Origin: Actinomycetota bacterium
Lineage (GTDB): Bacteria > Actinomycetota > Thermoleophilia > Solirubrobacterales > JACPNS01
DNA: 54,785 nucleotides
Direction of reading: 5' to 3'
Assembly: GCA_016219715.1 (NCBI GenBank)
Contig: JACRKX010000035.1
Coordinates: forward strand, 1-54,785
The notes under the pieces were generated by a model. It saw only the letters and a program-made list of their open reading frames with translations. It ran no database searches and had not been told where the DNA came from. This document shows positions 30,801 to 38,663 of the stretch, piece after piece. The position numbers were made by a program, and so were the translations under genes. Numbering within the stretch: position 1 is the first letter of the stretch; each line of letters opens with the position of its first letter.

Positions 30801-31472
30801 TTAGTCGCCGGACGGCGGCACACCCTCGCGCCACGACCGGCCCTCGATCAGTCCGCGCAGAACCAGTCCAGTCAGCAGCGCGACGACCGCGGCCATTGCC
30901 AGCCCTCCGATTGCCGCACAGGCAATGCGAGCAGCGGTGTCATCGGGAGCGGCGGCCAGCGCGATGAAGGTGAACGGCAACCCCGCAAACCACGCGAGGG
31001 CGTTGACGGTCACCCAGCGCCCGGCCGCGGCGACGTGCCGTCGCAGCACGAGCGACTGCGCCCAGCCGATCGAAAACAGCATCACGGGAACAGCCGACAC
31101 ACCGATGATCGCCAGCAGAACATCGGGAACGCGATCGCCAAACGAGTCGCTGAGCATTCCCGGCATCATGCCCAGCGACCATGCGACGCATGCGGCCAGG
31201 GCCGTATTGCGAACCCATTCGCCACGCTCGAACCCGGTCAGCTCGTCACGCAGCACACGTGACTGAGCCCAGCCGAGCACAGCCCCCTCGCCGGCGCCGG
31301 CCAGCACGACCGGTAGGTAAAGCGCGGCGTCACCGAGGCCAGCCGTGGCAAGCGCGCCCCAGACCGACATTGGCACCATGAACCCAACGAACTCGCCGAA
31401 CGTGGCATGTACCACCCAGCGGCCGAGTATGCCTCGCGGGCGCGGCACGGCCGCGCCTCGATCGTCTGTCAC
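30801..31472 (-). CDS. Hypothetical multi-pass membrane protein
   Basis: About six hydrophobic segments; internal duplication GWAQS.VLR...WV..(T/N)ALA; GTGA overlap with the upstream gene. Confidence 0.7.
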   Translation of the reverse strand: MTDDRGAAVPRPRGILGRWVVHATFGEFVGFMVPMSVWGALATAGLGDAALYLPVVLAGAGEGAVLGWAQSRVLRDELTGFERGEWVRNTALAACVAWSLGMMPGMLSDSFGDRVPDVLLAIIGVSAVPVMLFSIGWAQSLVLRRHVAAAGRWVTVNALAWFAGLPFTFIALAAAPDDTAARIACAAIGGLAMAAVVALLTGLVLRGLIEGRSWREGVPPSGD

Positions 31473-32143
31473 GCTGGCGACTGGGATTTCCCAGTCCTGC
31501 GCCGCAGTTCACGGAACTGCTTGGTCTGCATCACCCAGTGAACGGGCTCCCAGAACAACCACGCGCTGACCTCATTGGGCAGCCGCGGCTCGGCCCGGGC
31601 CACGCCGCCGACAATCAGCCGCGTGCGACCGCCGGGCAGTTCGCGCAGGTGGAATGCCCAGGTGCTGTCGCTGAAAGACTCCGGTGACTCGGTCGCCGGA
31701 TCGAACATCCGCCCCGACGGCAGCACCATCGGCGCGCGCAGGATCAACGTGTGCGGTGGGTCCGCGAGCGCGACGTCGAACCAGTGGTCGCTCTTGGTCG
31801 TGCTGCGTATGCGGTCGCCGGTCGCCACGGCCCAATCGGGATTCAACTCGCGAGCGCTCGGCCGGCCGCCGTTGTCGAGCCGATCCCAGCTGTAGAAGCC
31901 CGCGCGGTCGCAGCCCATCTGCGCCAGCCACGGCCACACCTCGGACGGCGGAGCATCGAGCGTGGTCGCCATCACCGGCTGACGTTCGCCGCCCTCGACC
32001 AGATCGTCGCCGGGGTAGGTTGCGGCGTTCTCGGCCTCGGTCGCGCCCCACGTGAGCATCAACGGCCGGAAGACCAGGGCGTACGCGGCAACCGCACTCG
32101 CAAGGCCCGCCAGGCCGGCGCACCGTCGTAGCCGCCCGCGCAT
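31469..32143 (-). CDS. SRPBCC-like protein
   Basis: WGAT.AE, PGDDLV, APPSEVWPWLAQMGCDRAGFYSWD and TWAFHL...RTRLI motifs; start at ATG 32143. Confidence 0.8.
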   Translation of the reverse strand: MRGRLRRCAGLAGLASAVAAYALVFRPLMLTWGATEAENAATYPGDDLVEGGERQPVMATTLDAPPSEVWPWLAQMGCDRAGFYSWDRLDNGGRPSARELNPDWAVATGDRIRSTTKSDHWFDVALADPPHTLILRAPMVLPSGRMFDPATESPESFSDSTWAFHLRELPGGRTRLIVGGVARAEPRLPNEVSAWLFWEPVHWVMQTKQFRELRRRTGKSQSPA

Positions 32144-32568
32144 CACTCCTCCCCGGCGGGTACCAGCCGCACGACCGGGATCTCGCGACCGGCGCGGATC
32201 TGAACCTTGTCTAGCAACGGGTTGAGTTCGATCAGCCTCCTCCACAGCTCGTCACGCTCACCGGGCTCAGCCACTTTCGCGCGCGCGCTCCACAGGCGAC
32301 CTCCGGTCTGCACCATGACGCCGGGGTCGGCCTCGATGTTGCGGAACCACTGTGGAGCCTCTGGCGCGCCGCCGGCCGCGGCCACGATCAGCTTCTCGCC
32401 GTCGACCTCCTCGTATTGGACGGGCGTGCGGCGCGGTAGGCCGCTGGTTCGTCCGGTTGTGGTCAGCAGCAACACGCGATGACCACCGAAGCTGCCGCCG
32501 ACACGGCCCTGCGTGCGGTCGTACACCCAGGCGTTGAGATGATTGAACTTGACCTTCAGCGACGACAC
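32143..32568 (-). CDS. Deazaflavin (F420)-dependent nitroreductase family protein (Ddn-like)
   Basis: LLLTTTGRTSG.PRRTP, P.WFRNI...P and REIPVVRL motifs. Confidence 0.9.
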   Translation of the reverse strand: MSSLKVKFNHLNAWVYDRTQGRVGGSFGGHRVLLLTTTGRTSGLPRRTPVQYEEVDGEKLIVAAAGGAPEAPQWFRNIEADPGVMVQTGGRLWSARAKVAEPGERDELWRRLIELNPLLDKVQIRAGREIPVVRLVPAGEE

Positions 32569-32610
32569 ACGCTGAACGCTACAGATCGCCGGGCGAGCGC
32601 GTATCCGTGG

Positions 32611-33234
32611 TCACTGCGGATCGCGCCACATCAGGTACAGGCGCGGACCGCCACGTGGCAGGTCGTATTCGCCGGTGACCTTGAACCCGCGCCCCTCGTA
32701 AAACGGGACGTTGGCTTCCTTTGACGACTCCAGGTAGGCGCCAACACCCTGCTCGTCGCAGCGCCCGAGCACCGGCGCAACGACCGTCGCCCCCAGCCCC
32801 TGGCCCTGCGCAGACGGAGCGACGCCCAGATCCGACAGGTACCAGTGTGGTCGCTGTGGGTGCTGGGACTCGACCCCCATGAAGCCGCGCACGATCGCCG
32901 GCACGCGCGGCAGCAGGCCGGGATGAAGGCTCGCTCGCAACATGCGCAGTTCATCGCGCAGCGGCATGCGCCAGTGGCCCGGCGGCATCCAGAGCGCCGC
33001 CGCGTCGCGCCGATCGGTGGTCCACACCTCACCGTTGCGCTGCGCCTGCGCCACGTCGACCGTATAGACGCGCGGCAGAATGCGCCGGCGCAGGTCGTCG
33101 TCGGGAAAGATCCACTCGGCCACCGGGTCGTCGTAAAACGCATCGGCGAGCGTGCCGGCCAGTTCCGGCCGGTCGGCCTCCGCCGCGAGATGCGTGCCCG
33201 CCGCGGGCGCGCGTGGGACTGCGTCTGGACCCAC
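32611..33234 (-). CDS. GNAT N-acetyltransferase (puromycin N-acetyltransferase-like)
   Basis: AFYDDP, HWYL..LGV, QGQGLG and AYLESS..NVPFYE motifs. Confidence 0.9.
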   Translation of the reverse strand: MGPDAVPRAPAAGTHLAAEADRPELAGTLADAFYDDPVAEWIFPDDDLRRRILPRVYTVDVAQAQRNGEVWTTDRRDAAALWMPPGHWRMPLRDELRMLRASLHPGLLPRVPAIVRGFMGVESQHPQRPHWYLSDLGVAPSAQGQGLGATVVAPVLGRCDEQGVGAYLESSKEANVPFYEGRGFKVTGEYDLPRGGPRLYLMWRDPQ

Positions 33235-33239
33235 CGGCC

Positions 33240-33931
33240 TCAGAGATCCTGTGCCGTCGGCCGGACGAGGATCAGGTTCACATCGACGTGCGCGGGCTGT
33301 GAGAGCGCATAGAGCACTGCACGCGCGATGTCTTCTGCCTCCAGCGCGCCCTCGCCCGCGCCGCTGTCGAAGAACGGCGTGTCAGTCATTCCCGGCGCGA
33401 TCAAAGTGGTGCGCACGCCGCTGCCGTTCAAGTCCTGCCGAAGCGACTCGGCCATGCCGTGAACCGCGAACTTGGTGGCCGAGTAGAGCGAACCCTTGAT
33501 TGACCGCGCTCCCGCCACGCTGCCGGTCAGCACGAAGTGACCCTTGCGCGCGCGAATCTCGTCTTGGGCGGCGCGGATCGTCAGCGCCGGACCGAGCACG
33601 TTTGTCAGCACCATGTCGCGCCAATGTTCTGGCGTCTCAGCGGCGAAACCGCGCGCGGCGCCGAAACCGGCGTTGGCGAAGGCCGCGTCGAGCCGGCCGA
33701 AGCGATCGATGGCGGCCGCCACGACGGCTTGCTGATCTGCGAAGTCGGTGACGTCACAGCGCACGGCGAGAGCGTCGTCAGGCCCGAGCTCGCCTGCGAG
33801 CGCGGCAAGCTTGTCTTCAGAGCGAGCCGCCAGCACGACCTTCCACCCGGCTGACACCGCCAAACGCGCCGTGGCGGCGCCGATGCCCGTCGAGCCGCCG
33901 GTGATCAGCAGTACGCGGCCTTCGCCGCCAC
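33240..33931 (-). CDS. Short-chain dehydrogenase/reductase (SDR); no in-frame start found
   Basis: TGGSTGIG, NAG and YSATK motifs. The nearby GTG (~33931) is out of frame. Confidence 0.85.
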
Positions 33932-34029
33932 GTGTCTCGTGGAATCGGGCCTGCGGCGGCCGGCAACCGGGCGAGCGGCAGCGAGCAAGGCTGCGTGTTC
34001 GGCAGAGACGACGACGCGGCCGGGCGCGC

Positions 34030-35100
34030 TCAGACCGCGATGCGAGAGTCGTCGTCTTCGCGCGAGGTGCCGACGCTGCCGGGAATGAAGTGACAGACCC
34101 GGTTGCGGCCGGAGTTCTTCGCAGCGTAGAGTGCGGCATCGGCCGCTTCGAATACGTGGTCGTAGTCGAAGACCTCGCCGTGAGAGGAGCAGCTCACGCC
34201 GAAGCTCATCGTCACGTTGAGTCCACCGCGGCGGCCGGCGGCCACAGAACGGTGCAGCCGGTGGGCGAACGCAAGCGTCTCGTCGAAGTCGGCGCCCGGG
34301 AGCAGCAGCAGGAACTCCTCGCCGCCGATCCGGTAGGCCAGGTCGAAGGCGCGCAGCTCTTTGCGCAATAGGTAGGCGAGATCCTTCAGAACGGCGTCGC
34401 CGACCTGGTGACCGTGCTCGTCGTTGATGACCTTGAAGTGGTCGATGTCGGCGACGATCACGCCAATCGGCTCGGAGGTGATCGCCGAGCGCTGGGTCAG
34501 CTCCTCGGTGCGGTTGGCCAGCGCGTGGCGGTTGAGCAGGCCGGTCAGCGGATCGATCACGGCCTCGGTGCGGTGTTCTCGGTCCGACTGCATCAGCGCG
34601 GTCGAAAGAATCGCGGCACTGATCACCAGGGCGATCGGCGCGAACAGGCTCGGGGGGTCGCTGAGCACGGCAGAGGTGTCGACGGCAAAGGCCACGCCGA
34701 CCATCATCAAGACGGTGGTGGCGACTCCGATCGTCACACCACGCACCGAGAAACGCGCGCTGAGCGTCACGATCGGGATCGCGAACCATGCCATCGCAGG
34801 CGAATCGACGCCGCCGGTCAGCGCGACGCTCGCGGCGATCATCACCTCCGACGCGGCCCATCCGGCGAACAAGACGTTTTCCGGCTTGGAAACACCCTCG
34901 GTCTGCCGGCGAGCAAACGTGAAGAAGACGCCGGCGACCGTCAACGGGATCAGCGTCCACCAGCCGATCCACGGCCCGCTGAGAACCAGGCACACGGCCA
35001 GAACCAGCAGCGCCTTCCGGCGCAGCGGTTCGATGCGCGCGTCCATGTCGAGCATCCGCTCGCGGTCCATGCCGTCCCGAATCAGCCAGGAATCTGCCAT
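34030..35100 (-). CDS. Membrane-bound diguanylate cyclase (GGDEF)
   Basis: About five TM segments; DPLTGLLN, DIDHFK.IND..GH..GD, RAFD I-site and GGEEF motifs. Confidence 0.93.
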   Translation of the reverse strand: MADSWLIRDGMDRERMLDMDARIEPLRRKALLVLAVCLVLSGPWIGWWTLIPLTVAGVFFTFARRQTEGVSKPENVLFAGWAASEVMIAASVALTGGVDSPAMAWFAIPIVTLSARFSVRGVTIGVATTVLMMVGVAFAVDTSAVLSDPPSLFAPIALVISAAILSTALMQSDREHRTEAVIDPLTGLLNRHALANRTEELTQRSAITSEPIGVIVADIDHFKVINDEHGHQVGDAVLKDLAYLLRKELRAFDLAYRIGGEEFLLLLPGADFDETLAFAHRLHRSVAAGRRGGLNVTMSFGVSCSSHGEVFDYDHVFEAADAALYAAKNSGRNRVCHFIPGSVGTSREDDDSRIAV

Positions 35101-35107
35101 TGCCTAC

Positions 35108-35135
35108 AGATCGGCCAGAGCGTGGGAGAAATTGA
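35108..35135 (-). promoter_or_regulatory. Putative sigma28 (FliA/WhiG-type) promoter of the DGC
   Basis: TCAA-N16-GCCGATCT ending 7 nt before the ATG. Confidence 0.5.
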
Positions 35136-35224
35136 CGGAAAAGTGGCTAATTCCCGTTAATTAAGTGTTACGTCCACCGAGAGGAAGACAAACATGCCCC
35201 TCGACGGGTAGGAACTCCGGCTTG

Positions 35225-35258
35225 CGCGGGGTCTCGCCTGCGCACGAGACCCCGCGCG
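35225..35258 (-). terminator. Strong hairpin ending the nar-like operon
   Basis: CGCGGGGTCTCG...CGAGACCCCGCG 12-bp stem just after the cytochrome c stop. Confidence 0.6.
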
Positions 35259-35271
35259 ATGCCGGCTCGCC

Positions 35272-35688
35272 CTACTGGGCGAGGCTTTTGACGTATTCAG
35301 CGATCGCCTTGCTGTCGGCTTCGCTGAACTTGCCTTTGTAACTGGCCATTGCGGCAGGCGGGTTCTCGAGGATGTCGACGATGTATGCGGTGTCGACCTT
35401 GCCCCCCTTTGCCCCCTGTGCTCCCCACAATCCGGCCCATGTCGGGCCGGCGCCAGAGCCGCCGTCGATCGTGTGACACGACGTGCAGCCATTGCTTTCG
35501 GCGAGCGACTTTCCGCTGCCGGCAAGTTTTTCGTCGTACTTGACCTCGCTCGATGCGGCCGGCCCACCGGCCGCGCCACCGGTCGCGTCTTCTTCCCATG
35601 GGCTCGTCCAGAGCGCGACTCCGACGATCGCCACAAGCACTGCCAGCCCTGCCGCGACGAGCGGCATCGAGGACGGCTTGACATTCAT
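35272..35688 (-). CDS. Membrane-anchored monoheme class I cytochrome c
   Basis: N-terminal hydrophobic anchor, CTSCH heme motif, GPTWAGL and distal Met (PAAM); ATGA overlap with the narI stop. Confidence 0.88.
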   Translation of the reverse strand: MNVKPSSMPLVAAGLAVLVAIVGVALWTSPWEEDATGGAAGGPAASSEVKYDEKLAGSGKSLAESNGCTSCHTIDGGSGAGPTWAGLWGAQGAKGGKVDTAYIVDILENPPAAMASYKGKFSEADSKAIAEYVKSLAQ

Positions 35689-36338
35689 GACATCACCCTC
35701 CTGTAGCTGCGCACCGACTGGAACGGCCGCACGAAGTAGCTGAATGGATACGTCCACATGTGGACGAGCTTCGTGAACGGGAAGTACGCGAACAGCAGGA
35801 GCGCGGCGCTGATGTGGATCTTCGCCAGCACCGGCAGCCCGGACATGCCGGTCGCGTCGGGCGAGAAGCTCCAGAACAGACCCTTCAGCCACGGACCGAC
35901 CGTCATCGAAAGCCCGAAGGACTGGTCAGAGACGACCGGGTAGAGACCGCAGGTCACGATCGTCACCAGCAGCACGAGCACGATGTAGTCGTCGATCTGA
36001 CTCATCGCGCGCATCTCGGGCACGACGATCCGGCGGATCAACGCCAGCCAGAAGCCGTAGAAGGCAAGTGCCCCCGCGGCGAGTCCGGTCCACTTGAACC
36101 AGGTGACCATGTCCATGTTCGTGGTCAGCGCACCGATCAGTCCCAGCAGGTGCGCGCCGAACAGAACGATGATCCCCCAGTGGAACGCGAGTGCCGCGAC
36201 GCTCATCGAGCGCCGCTCGATGAACCCGCTTGCCCGGGTCGTGAAGGTGAAACCGCCGCGCATCCGCCGGATCACCGGCACGACCAGGAACAGCGTCAGC
36301 GCGATGTACGGCAGCCCGACGAACAGAAAGTCATCCAT
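35685..36338 (-). CDS. narI: Nitrate reductase/NXR gamma subunit (di-heme cytochrome b)
   Basis: Five TM segments; four His ligands (FHWG..GAH, KIH, FPFTKLVH). Confidence 0.9.
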   Translation of the reverse strand: MDDFLFVGLPYIALTLFLVVPVIRRMRGGFTFTTRASGFIERRSMSVAALAFHWGIIVLFGAHLLGLIGALTTNMDMVTWFKWTGLAAGALAFYGFWLALIRRIVVPEMRAMSQIDDYIVLVLLVTIVTCGLYPVVSDQSFGLSMTVGPWLKGLFWSFSPDATGMSGLPVLAKIHISAALLLFAYFPFTKLVHMWTYPFSYFVRPFQSVRSYRRVMS

Positions 36339-37032
36339 TGGCCGTTACTCCCTCGATTTGAATCAACTCCGACTTGGCGCCCTGGCCCTTGGGCTCGGGC
36401 TCCGGCAGATCGCCGGCTTCGTGGCGCAGGCAATCGCTGAGCGCCTCGGCAAGGTGGCTGTATGGCGTGTCCTCGGTGGCGAGCTTCTGCGCGAACAGGC
36501 GCACGCCGGGCCAGATCATGCGCTCGATGAAGCGCAGTCGCAGCGCCGCGTCGTCGCCCCGCGCACCTGCCGTCAGTGCCAGGAACTCGACGACCGCCGG
36601 CAGGAAATCGGGCATCTCGGCGCCGATCTCGAGGCCGAAGTGCTTGAAGATGTTGCCGATCTCGATCATGTACTGGTTGCGGTCGGAGACTCCGGCCGCA
36701 GCACAGGTAGTTGGCTCGTCGAACTGATAGCTGCCCAGGTACAGCGGGCAGCGAGGGTTCAGTTCGAGCAGCGCCAGGTAGTCCTCGACCGCGACCGAGT
36801 CGTACCCGGCGCGGAACTCGCGAAGGTGGACGACCGTTTCGGTGCCGATCGCCTCGGCGTCGACGAGTACATCTCGCACCGCCTCGTCGGTCAGCGTGAG
36901 CGGGTCGATCTCCTCCGGGTAGAGGAACCACTCCGAAATCATCCGGTAGACGGCGGTTAGCGCGTCAGCGTCGTGCGTGGCGTCGCTGTCGGCCGGCGTA
37001 CCGGCGGCCAGCGCGGATTCAGGCGGCTTCAC
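36331..37032 (-). CDS. narJ: Mo-cofactor insertion chaperone (NarJ/TorD family)
   Basis: LYLGSY, EMPDFLPAVVEFLA and TPYSHL motifs; lies between the beta and gamma subunit genes. Confidence 0.85.
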   Translation of the reverse strand: MKPPESALAAGTPADSDATHDADALTAVYRMISEWFLYPEEIDPLTLTDEAVRDVLVDAEAIGTETVVHLREFRAGYDSVAVEDYLALLELNPRCPLYLGSYQFDEPTTCAAAGVSDRNQYMIEIGNIFKHFGLEIGAEMPDFLPAVVEFLALTAGARGDDAALRLRFIERMIWPGVRLFAQKLATEDTPYSHLAEALSDCLRHEAGDLPEPEPKGQGAKSELIQIEGVTANG

Positions 37033-38642
37033 TGTGCATCTCCCCCATTGGTCTGCTGCGCCCGCCGTACCGCGGGATCGATGTCTACGACGTAGCCGTT
37101 CTTACGCGTCGGGTACAGGTCGCGATGCGGGTTGACGTGCAGCTTCTCGGTTCGGTGCAGCGGTGAGTTGGGCGCCATGTCGTCGAAGCCCATGAAGCCG
37201 CGCTCGATGAACGGGTCGGCATCGGCTTCCTCGCGGCGAGTCGTCGGGATCACGAAACGCTCCTTCAAGAAGGCCAGCGAGAGCAGCCGGAACATGTGGT
37301 CGGCTTCCTTCTTGTTCAGGCCGACATCTTCGAGCACCTTGAGGTTCTCGACGCCATCGACCTGCTCGGAGCGCTTGTACTGCCGCAGCGCCAGCTGACG
37401 CCGGAGCGCGACCTTGACCGGCTCCTCGTTGCCGGCCGCAAACATCGAGGCCAGGTACTTCAGCGGCACGCGGAAGTCCTCGAGCGCCGGCAGCCACTCG
37501 CCGGTGGAATTCCAGACGCCACGCTTGTCGAGCATCGTGACCATCGGGCTCTCCGGCGGCACGTAGAACAGCGACGGCATCGTGCGGAACTCGGGGTGCA
37601 GCGGCAGCGCGATGTTCCAGTCGATCACCATCTTGTAGACCGGCGAGCGACGGCAGGCATCGAGCCACTCGTCGCTGATGCCCTGCTCCTTGCAGGCGGC
37701 GATCACCTTCGGGTCGTTGGGGTCGAGGATCAGCTCGCGCTGTGCCTCGACCAGCTCGTCCTCGGGCCTCGCGGCCATCTCCGCGACGCGGTCCATGTCG
37801 TAGAGCAGCGGACCCATGTAACGGATGCGGCCCGGACAGGAGTGGAAGCAGGCCGGTGGCTGGCCGGTTTCAACGCGCGGATAGCAGAGGATGCACTTCT
37901 CCATCTTGCCCGTGCGCCAGTTGTAGTACGTCTTCTTGTAGGGGCACGAGGTGATGCAGTAGCGCCATGCGCGGCAGCTGTCCTGGTCGATCAGGACGAT
38001 GCCGTCCTCTTCACGCTTGTAGGCGGCGCCACTCGGACAGGCGCCGGCGCATCCGGGGTTCATGCAGTGATTGCAGATGCGCGGCAGGTAGAAGTAGAAG
38101 ACCTCTTCGTAGCTGAGCAGTGCGTCGCGCTCGGCCTCTGTGAAGTCCTTGAAGTTGACGTCCTTCTTTCCGGTCTCGTTGGTGCCGGCGGCGTTGTCTT
38201 CCCAGTTGACGCCCCAGGTGACCTCGATGTCCTCCTCGCCGGTGATCAGCGACTTCGTGCGACCGATCGGCTGCTGCTTCTTCTTGTGCGGCGAGTGCAG
38301 GTCCTCGTAGGTAAACGTGAACGGACCCTTGCCCGAATAATCCTCGAGCTGCGGCATCTTCGAGTTGGTGAAGAGGCTGAGCATGCCGCCCAGCCGCGAG
38401 CGGGCGCGCAGCTTCAGCGGCTCGCGCTTGTTGCCGGTCGGCACCCAGCCGCCCTCGTACTTCTCCTGGTTCTCCCACTCCTTCGGGAAGCCGATCCCGG
38501 GCTTGGTCTCGACGTTGTTCCACCACATGTACTCCGCGCCCTCGCGGTTGGTCCACACGTTCTTACATGCGATCGTGCAGGTGCTGCAACCCAGGCACTT
38601 GTCGAGGTTGAACACCATCGCTATCTGTCGTCCGACTTTCAT
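37029..38642 (-). CDS. narH: Nitrate reductase/nitrite oxidoreductase beta (Fe-S) subunit
   Basis: LDKCLGCSTC...C, CNHC..PGC...C, CRAWRYC...CPYKK and CILCYPR...CFHSC clusters; LPLHPEFRT. Confidence 0.93.
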   Translation of the reverse strand: MKVGRQIAMVFNLDKCLGCSTCTIACKNVWTNREGAEYMWWNNVETKPGIGFPKEWENQEKYEGGWVPTGNKREPLKLRARSRLGGMLSLFTNSKMPQLEDYSGKGPFTFTYEDLHSPHKKKQQPIGRTKSLITGEEDIEVTWGVNWEDNAAGTNETGKKDVNFKDFTEAERDALLSYEEVFYFYLPRICNHCMNPGCAGACPSGAAYKREEDGIVLIDQDSCRAWRYCITSCPYKKTYYNWRTGKMEKCILCYPRVETGQPPACFHSCPGRIRYMGPLLYDMDRVAEMAARPEDELVEAQRELILDPNDPKVIAACKEQGISDEWLDACRRSPVYKMVIDWNIALPLHPEFRTMPSLFYVPPESPMVTMLDKRGVWNSTGEWLPALEDFRVPLKYLASMFAAGNEEPVKVALRRQLALRQYKRSEQVDGVENLKVLEDVGLNKKEADHMFRLLSLAFLKERFVIPTTRREEADADPFIERGFMGFDDMAPNSPLHRTEKLHVNPHRDLYPTRKNGYVVDIDPAVRRAQQTNGGDAQ

Positions 38643-38663
38643 AGCTGTCTCCTCACCCTCGAC

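Noticed and set aside
35140-35224. Possible c-di-GMP riboswitch or TTAATTAA palindrome upstream of the DGC
   Set aside because: No recognisable c-di-GMP-I/II structure; an 8-bp palindrome alone is too weak.
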